The notes under the pieces are model-generated. The model worked only from the letters and a program-made list of their open reading frames with translations, had not been told where the DNA came from and did not search any database. A DNA stretch of 64,000 nucleotides from Eimeria praecox. Its lineage: Eukaryota. Shown here piece by piece: positions 55,201 to 64,000 of the stretch. A program made the translations under genes and the position numbers. The stretch lies in assembly GCA_963920595.1 (NCBI GenBank), contig OY986946.1:4898001-4962000 (forward strand). The letters run 5' to 3'. How positions within the stretch are numbered: the stretch's first letter is position 1; each line of letters begins with the position of its first letter.

Positions 55201-58200
55201 GCATGAAACCCAATCATGTGTCCCGTCAACGCATGCGCTGCAGCACATGTACTACACATCACCATCAACGCGACACAGTCACTACCCAAGGAAGAAAAAC
55301 TTCCCAACCTAACACGCCATGCTGCCCACCAAAGAAACACAACTTACTCCTTTCACAGTGCTTTCGAAATATTACAAGCTGCACACTGTTCTAACAGACT
55401 GCCCCATCCACTTGGCTCTTGACGCCGTTCCTCCCCAATCAGACTCACGCACCACACTCACTCTACCGCCGCCTCTCATACTACTACAATCCACTACACA
55501 CTACAACAATTACATCCAGCATCAGCACATCCTCCACCACGCCACCCTAAATTCCTCACTTCGCCAGTTGCACACCTCAGGTGCATCACCGTCCAGACAT
55601 AACCACAACGCCCAAGGAAAATCGCGCACGACCACATACCCAACAGCCTACCACTAAACATGCAATTCCACGGCGTGTGTCCGCCAGCCCTATTATCAGT
55701 ACTCAACGCACTTCCTCCTATACACAACGACCGGCTCAACAACTCCTCCATCAAAGCCAACCGCTCTCCAGTGTAGCCGAGCCTGCCTGCCCAAAATAAT
55801 CCTGGGGCATGCTGCTCTAGCTCATTGGCTTAATGCCCAAGATTCAGCGTACGGTCTTCTGGAAGCATCGATCGCACAAACATTTGCGCAAACAAATGCA
55901 AAAGGAGCTTTGCATGAAACCCAATCATGTGTCCCGTCAACGCATGCGCTGCAGCACATGTACTACACATCACCATCAACGCGACACAGTCACTACCCAA
56001 GGAAGAAACACTTCCCAACCTAACACGCCATGCTGCCCACCAAAGAAACACAACTTACTCCTTTCACAGTGCTTTCGAAATATTACAAGCTGCACACTGT
56101 TCTAACAGACTGCCCCATCCACCTGGCTCTTGACGCCGTTCCTCCCCAATCAGACTCACGCACCACACTCACTCTACCGCCGCCTCTCATACTACTACAA
56201 TCCACTACACACTACAACAATTACATCCAGCATCAGCACATCCTCCACCACGCCACCCCAACTTCCTCACTTCGCCAGTTGCACACCTCAGGTGCACCGC
56301 CGTCCAGACATAACCACAACGCCCAAGGAAAATCGCGCACGACCACATACCCAACAGCCTACCACTAAACATGCAATTCCACGGCGTGTGTCCGCCAGCC
56401 CTATTATCAGTACTCAACGCACTTTCTCCTATACACAACGACCGGCTCAACAACTCCTCCATCAAAGCCAACCGCTCTCCAGTGTAGCCGAGCCTGCCTG
56501 CCCCAAATAATCCTGGGGCATGCTGCTCTAGCTCATTGGCTTAATGCCCAAGATTCAGCGTACGGTCTTCTGGAAGCATCGATCGCACAAACATTTGCGC
56601 AAAGGAGCTTTGCATGGAACCCAATCATGTGTCCCGTCAACGCATGCGCTGCAGCACATGTACTACACATCACCATCAACGCGACGCAGTCACTAGCCAA
56701 GGAAGAAAAACTTCCCAACCTAACACGCCATGCTGCCCACCAAAGAAACACAACTTACTCCTTTCACAGTGCTTTCGAAATATTACAAGCTGCACACTGT
56801 TCTAACAGACTGCCCCATCCACTTGGCTCTTGACGCCGTTCCTCCCCAATCAGACTCACGCACCACACTCACTCTACCGCCGCCTCTCATACTACTACAA
56901 TCCACTACACACTACAACAATTACATCCAGCATCAGCACATCCTCCACCACGCCACCCTAAATTCCTCACTTCGCCAGTTGCACACCTCAGGTGCATCAC
57001 CGTCCAGACATAACCACAACGCCCAAGGAAAATCGCGCACGACCACATACCCAACAGCCTACCACTAAACATGCAATTCCACGGCGTGTGTCCGCCAGCC
57101 CTATTATCAGTACTCAGCGCACTTCCTCCTATACACAACGACCGGCTCAACAACTCCTCCATCAAAGCCAACCGCTCTCCAGTGTAGCCGAGCCTGCCTG
57201 CCCAAAATAATCCTGGGGCATGCTGCTCTAGCTCATTGGCTTAATGCCCAAGATTCAGCGTACGGTCTTCTGGAAGCATCGATCGCACAAACATTTGCGC
57301 AAACAAATGCAAAAGGAGCTTTGCATGAAACCCAATCATGTGTCCCGTCAACGCATGCGCTGCAGCACATGTACTACACATCACCATCAACGCGACGCAG
57401 TCACTAGCCAAGGAAGAAAAACTTCCCAACCTAACACGCCATGCTGCCCACCAAAGAAACACAACTTACTCCTTTCACAGTGCTTTCGAAATATTACAAG
57501 CTGCACACTGTTCTAACAGACTGCCCCATCCACTTGGCTCTTGACGCCGTTCCTCCCCAATCAGACTCACGCACCACACTCACTCTACCGCCGCCTCTCA
57601 TACTACTACAATCCACTACACACTACAACAATTACATCCAGCATCAGCACATCCTCCACCACGCCACCCTAAATTCCTCACTTCGCCAGTTGCACACCTC
57701 AGGTGCATCACCGTCCAGACATAACCACAACGCCCAAGGAAAATCGCGCACGACCACATACCCAACAGCCTACCACTAAACATGCAATTCCACGGCGTGT
57801 GTCCGCCAGCCCTATTATCAGTACTCAACGCACTTTCTCCTATACACAACGACCGGCTCAACAACTCCTCCATCAAAGCCAACCGCTCTCCAGTGTAGCC
57901 GAGCCTGCCTGCCCCAAATAATCCTGGGGCATGCTGCTCTAGCTCATTGGCTTAATGCCCAAGATTCAGCGTACGGTCTTCTGGAAGCATCGATCGCACA
58001 AACATTTGCGCAAAGGAGCTTTGCATGGAACCCAATCATGTGTCCCGTCAACGCATGCGCTGCAGCACATGTACTACACATCACCATCAACGCGACGCAG
58101 TCACTAGCCAAGGAAGAAAAACTTCCCAACCTAACACGCCATGCTGCCCACCAAAGAAACACAACTTACTCCTTTCACAGTGCTTTCGAAATATTACAAG

Positions 58201-60070
58201 CTGCACACTGTTCTAACAGGCTGCCCCATCCACTTGGCTCTTGACGCCGTTCCTCCCCAATCAGACTCACGCACCACACTCACTCTACCGCCGCCTCTCA
58301 TACTACTACAATCCACTACACACTACAACAATTACATCCAGCATCAGCACATCCTCCACCACGCCACCCTAAATTCCTCACTTCGCCAGTTGCACACCTC
58401 AGGTGCATCACCGTCCAGACATAACCACAACGCCCAAGGAAAATCGCGCACGACCACATACCCAACAGCCTACCACTAAACATGCAATTCCACGGCGTGT
58501 GTCCGCCAGCCCTATTATCAGTACTCAACGCACTTCCTCCTATACACAACGACCGGCTCAACAACTCCTCCATCAAAGCCAACCGCTCTCCAGTGTAGCC
58601 GAGCCTGCCTGCCCCAAATAATCCTGGGGCATGCTGCTCTAGCTCATTGGCTTAATGCCCAACATTCAGCGCACGGTCTTCTGGAAGCATCGATCGCACA
58701 AACATTTGCGCAAACAAATGCAAAAGGAGCTTTGCATGAAACCCAATCATGTGTCCCGTCAACGCATGCGCTGCAGCACATGTACTACACATCACCATCA
58801 ACGCGACACAGTCACTACCCAAGGAAGAAAAACTTCCCAACCTAACACGCCATGCTGCCCACCAAAGAAACACAACTTACTCCTTTCACAGTGCTTTCGA
58901 AATATTACAAGCTGCACACTGTTCTAACAGACTGCCCCATCCACTTGGCTCTTGACGCCGTTCCTCCCCAATCAGACTCACGCACCACACTCACTCTACC
59001 GCCGCCTCTCATACTACTACAATCCACTACACACTACAACAATTACATCCAGCATCAGCACATCCTCCACCACGCCACCCCAACTTCCTCACTTCGCCAG
59101 TTGCACACCTCAGGTGCACCGCCGTCCAGACATAACCACAACGCCCAAGGAAAATCGCGCACGACCACATACCCAACAGCCTACCACTAAACATGCAATT
59201 CCACGGCGTGTGTCCGCCAGCCCTATTATCAGTACTCAACGCACTTCCTCCTATACACAACGACCGGCTCAACAACTCCTCCATCAAAGCCAACCGCTCT
59301 CCAGTGTAGCCGAGCCTGCCTGCCCAAAATAATCCTGGGGCATGCTGCTCTAGCTCATTGGCTTAATGCCCAAGATTCAGCGTACGGTCTTCTGGAAGCA
59401 TCGATCGCACAAACATTTGCGCAAACAAATGCAAAAGGAGCTTTGCATGAAACCCAATCATGTGTCCCGTCAACGCATGCGCTGCAGCACATGTACTACA
59501 CATCACCATCAACGCGACACAGTCACTACCCAAGGAAGAAACACTTCCCAACCTAACACGCCATGCTGCCCACCAAAGAAACACAACTTACTCCTTTCAC
59601 AGTGCTTTCGAAATATTACAAGCTGCACACTGTTCTAACAGACTGCCCCATCCACCTGGCTCTTGACGCCGTTCCTCCCCAATCAGACTCACGCACCACA
59701 CTCACTCTACCGCCGCCTCTCATACTACTACAATCCACTACACACTACAACAATTACATCCAGCATCAGCACATCCTCCACCACGCCACCCCAACTTCCT
59801 CACTTCGCCAGTTGCACACCTCAGGTGCACCGCCGTCCAGACATAACCACAACGCCCAAGGAAAATCGCGCACGACCACATACCCAACAGCCTACCACTA
59901 AACATGCAATTCCACGGCGTGTGTCCGCCATCCCTATTATCAGTACTCAACGCACTTTCTCCTATACACAACGACCGGCTCAACAACTCTTCCATCAAAG
60001 TCAACCGCTCTCCAGTGTAGCCGAGCCTGCCTGCCCCAAATAATCCTGGGGCATGCTGCTCTAGCTCATT
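52290..60070. repeat. Trimeric higher-order repeat (700+711+711 = 2,122 bp), about three copies with one interruption
   Basis: A 700-bp monomer, a CCCAACATT monomer and a CCCAAAATAAT-preceded monomer follow in order at 52,383/53,094/53,805, 54,505/55,216/55,927 and 58,038/58,749/59,460. A two-monomer interval (56,627, 57,338) interrupts the series. Confidence 0.82.
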
Positions 60071-63000
60071 GGCTTAATGCCCAAGATTCAGCGTACGGTC
60101 TTCTGGAAGCATCGATCGCCCAAACATTTGCGCAAACAAATGCAAAGGAGCTTTGCATGAAACCCAATCATGTGTCCCGTCAACGCATGCGCTGCAGCAC
60201 ATGTACTGCACATCACCATCAACGCGACGCAGTCACTACCCAAGGAAGAAACACTTCCCAACCTAACACGCCATGCTGCCCACCAAAGAAACACAACTTA
60301 CTCCTTTCACAGTGCTTTCGAAATATTACAAGCTGCACACTGTTCTAACAGACTGCCCCATCCACCTGGCTCTTGACGCCGTTCCTCCCCAATCAGACTC
60401 ACGCACCACACTCACTCTACCGCCGCCTCTCATACTACTACAATCCACTACACACTACAACAATTACATCCAGCATCAGCACATCCTCCACCACGCCACC
60501 CCAACTTCCTCACTTCGCCAGTTGCACACCTCAGGTGCACCGCCGTCCAGACATAACCACAACGCCCAAGGAAAATCGCGCACGACCACATACCCAACAG
60601 CCTGCCACTAAACATGCAATTCCACGGCGTGTGTCCGCCAGCCCTATTATCAGTACTCAGCGCACTTCCTCCTATACACAACGATCGGCTCAACAACTCC
60701 TCCATCAAAGCCAACCGCTCTCCAGTGTAGCCGAGCCTGCCTGCCCCAAATAATCCTGGGGCATGCTGCTCTAGCTCATTGGCTTAATGCCCAAGATTCA
60801 GCGTACGGTCTTCTGGAAGCATCGATCGCACAAACATTTGCGCAAACAAATGCAAAAGGAGCTTTGCATGAAACCCAATCATGTGTCCCGTCAACGCATG
60901 CGCTGCAGCACATGTACTACACATCACCATCAACGCGACACAGTCACTACCCAAGGAAGAAACACTTCCCAACCTAACACGCCATGCTGCCCACCAAAGA
61001 AACACAACTTACTCCTTTCACAGTGCTTTCGAAATATTACACGCTGCACACTGTTCTAACAGACTGCCCCATCCACTTGGCTCTTGACGCCGTTCCTCCC
61101 CAATCAGACTCACGCACCACACTCACTCTACCGCCGCCTCTCATACTACTACAATCCACTACACACTACAACAATTACATCCAGCATCAGCACATCCTCC
61201 ACCACGCCACCCCAACTTCCTCACTTCGCCAGTTGCACACCTCAGGTGCACCGCCGTCCAGACATAACCACAACGCCCAAGGAAAATCGCGCACGACCAC
61301 ATACCCAACAGCCTGCCACTAAACATGCAATTCCACGGCGTGTGTCCGCCAGCCCTATTATCAGTACTCAGCGCACTTCCTCCTATACACAACGATCGGC
61401 TCAACAACTCCTCCATCAAAGCCAACCGCTCTCCAGTGTAGCCGAGCCTGCCTGCCCCAAATAATCCTGGGGCATGCTGCTCTAGCTCATTGGCTTAATG
61501 CCCAAGATTCAGCGTACGGTCTTCTGGAAGCATCGATCGCACAAACATTTGCGCAAACAAATGCAAAAGGAGCTTTGCATGAAACCCAATCATGTGTCCC
61601 GTCAACGCATGCGCTGCAGCACATGTACTACACATCACCATCAACGCGACACAGTCACTACCCAAGGAAGAAACACTTCCCAACCTAACACGCCATGCTG
61701 CCCACCAAAGAAACACAACTTACTCCTTTCACAGTGCTTTCGAAATATTACAAGCTGCACACTGTTCTAACAGACTGTCCCATCCACTTGGCTCTTGACG
61801 CCGTTCCTCCCCAATCAGACTCACGCACCACACTCACTCTACCGCCGCCTCTCATACTACTACAATCCACTACACACTACAACAATTACATCCAGCATCA
61901 GCACATCCTCCACCACGCCACCCCAACTTCCTCAATTCGCCAGTTGCACACCTCAGGTGCACCGCCGTCCAGACATAACCACAACGCCCAAGGAAAATCG
62001 CGCACGACCACATACCCAACAGCCTGCCACTAAACATGCAATTCCACGGCGTGTGTCCGCCATCCCTATTATCAGTACTCAGCGCACTTCCTCCTATACA
62101 CAACGACCGGCTCAACAACTCCTCCATCAAAGCCAACCGCTCTCCAGTGTAGCCGAGCCTGCCTGCCCCAAATAATCCTGGGGCATGCTGCTCTAGCTCA
62201 TTGGCTTAATGCCCAAGATTCAGCGTACGGTCTTCTGGAAGCATCGATCGCACAAACATTTGCGCAAACAAATGCAAAAGGAGCTTTGCATGAAACCCAA
62301 TCATGTGTCCCGTCAACGCATGCGCTGCAGCACATGTACTACACATCACCATCAACGCGACGCAGTCACTACCCAAGGAAGAAACACTTCCCAACCTAAC
62401 ACGCCATGCTGCCCACCAAAGAAACACAACTTACTCCTTTCACAGTGCTTTCGAAATATTACAAGCTGCACACTGTTCTAACAGACTGCCCCATCCACCT
62501 GGCTCTTGACGCCGTTCCTCCCCAATCAGACTCACGCACCACACTCACTCTACCGCCGCCTCTCATACTACTACAATCCTCTACACACTACAACAATTAC
62601 ATCCAGCATCAGCACATCCTCCACCACGCCACCCTAAATTCCTCACTTCGCCAGTTGCACACCTCAGGTGCATCACCGTCCAGACATAACCACAACGCCC
62701 AAGGAAAATCGCGCACGACCACATACCCAACAGCCTACCACTAAACATGCAATTCCACGGCGTGTGTCCGCCAGCCCTATTATCAGTACTCAACGCACTT
62801 CCTCCTATACACAACGACCGGCTCAACAACTCCTCCATCAAAGCCAACCGCTCTCCAGTGTAGCCGAGCCTGCCTGCCCCAAATAATCCTGGGGCATGCT
62901 GCTCTAGCTCATTGGCTTAATGCCCAAGATTCAGCGTACGGTCTTCTGGAAGCATCGATCGCACAAACATTTGCGCAAAGGAGCTTTGCATGGAACCCAA

Positions 63001-64000
63001 TCATGTGTCCCGTCAACGCATGCGCTGCAGCACATGTACTACACATCACCATCAACGCGACGCAGTCACTAGCCAAGGAAGAAACACTTCCCAACCTAAC
63101 ACGCCATGCTGCCCACCAAAGAAACACAACTTACTCCTTTCACAGTGCTTTCGAAATATTACAAGCTGCACACTGTTCTAACAGACTGCCCCATCCACTT
63201 GGCTCTTGACGCCGTTCCTCCCCAATCAGACTCACGCACCACACTCACTCTACCGCCGCCTCTCATACTACTACAATCCACTACACACTACAACAATTAC
63301 ATCCAGCATCAGCACATCCTCCACCACGCCACCCTAAATTCCTCGCTTCGCCAGTTGCACACCTCAGGTGCATCACCGTCCAGACATAACCACAACGCCC
63401 AAGGAAAATCGCGCACGACCACATACCCAACAGCCTACCACTAAACATGCAATTCCACGGCGTGTGTCCGCCAGCCCTATTATCAGTTCTCGGCGCACTT
63501 CCTCCTATACACAACGACCGGCTCAACAACTCTCCCATCAAAGCCAACCACTCGCCAGTGTAGCCGAGCCTGCCTGCCCGAAATAATCCTGGGGCATGCT
63601 GCTCTAGCTCATTGGCTTAATGCCCAAGATTCAGCGCACGGTTTTCTGGAAGCATCGATCGCACAAACATTTGCGCAAACAAATGCAAAAGGAGCTTTGC
63701 ATGAAACCCAATCATGTGTCCCGTCAACACATGCGCTGCAGCACATGTACTACACATCACCATCAACGCGACACAGTCACTACCCAAGGAAGAAACACTT
63801 CCCAACCTAACACGCCATGCTGCCCACCAAAGAAACACAACCTACTCCTTCCACAGCGCTTCCGAAATATTACAAGCTGCACACTGTTCTAACAGGCTGC
63901 CCCATCCACTTGGCTCTTGACGCCGTTCCTCCCCAATCAGACTCACGCACCACACTCACTCTACCGCCGCCTCTCATACTACTACAATCCACTACACACT

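Larger units (their letters stand above)
16920..64000. repeat. Satellite array, modal monomer 711 bp, about 66 monomers, all head-to-tail; runs off the right end of the window
   Basis: The anchor ATGTGTCCCGTCAAC occurs 66 times from 17,483 to 63,714. The 65 intervals are 46x711, 11x710, 6x700, 1x707 and 1x808 bp, summing to 46,231 bp. Confidence 0.99.

Noticed and set aside
18197..64000. Repeating short ORFs in the satellite; 711 is divisible by 3 and one frame has only TAA/TAG stops, so it would be open under a code reading these as Gln
   Set aside because: The monomer has only two TGA triplets on the + strand, so at least one frame must lack TGA. The 710-, 707- and 700-bp monomers shift the frame repeatedly, and the peptides are composition-driven (H/T/P/Q-rich).
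16920..64000. 5S rRNA, tRNA or snRNA gene array, suggested by the ~700-bp period
   Set aside because: I found no conserved 5S, tRNA or snRNA motifs on either strand. A covariance-model search against Rfam would settle it.
16920..64000. CRISPR-like array
   Set aside because: The whole monomer is repeated. There are no short repeats with unique spacers and no cas genes.

Overview
The window is almost entirely tandem repeat DNA and looks eukaryotic. I found no intact gene, RNA gene or recognisable transposon. There are three layers. (1) 1-~15,455: three near-identical head-to-tail copies of a ~5.07-kb unit (periods 5,074, 5,075 and 5,058 bp). (2) ~15,456-16,885: a strongly diverged but colinear partial fourth copy of that unit. 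(3) ~16,920-64,000: a satellite of about 66 monomers (modal 711 bp; also 710, 707 and 700 bp) with local 2-, 3-, 4- and 7-mer higher-order repeats. Its left-edge monomers are an older ~808-bp form. The main observation is that the two repeat families appear related. The satellite monomer and the 5-kb unit share an ungapped 28-codon block (HWLNAQDSAHGLLEAS...TNAKE vs HWLDTTSDAHGLPQIS...TESKE) in which 6 of the 11 identical residues use different codons. The 5-kb unit also shows traces of about 8 ancient ~550-780-bp sub-repeats. A plausible reading is a decayed protein-coding repeat turned into satellite DNA, with old and young layers side by side, possibly at a centromere-type or subtelomeric domain. 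All alignments were done by eye. The organism and the ancestral protein cannot be identified from the sequence alone. The many short ORFs in the track are repeat-derived and not supported as genes.
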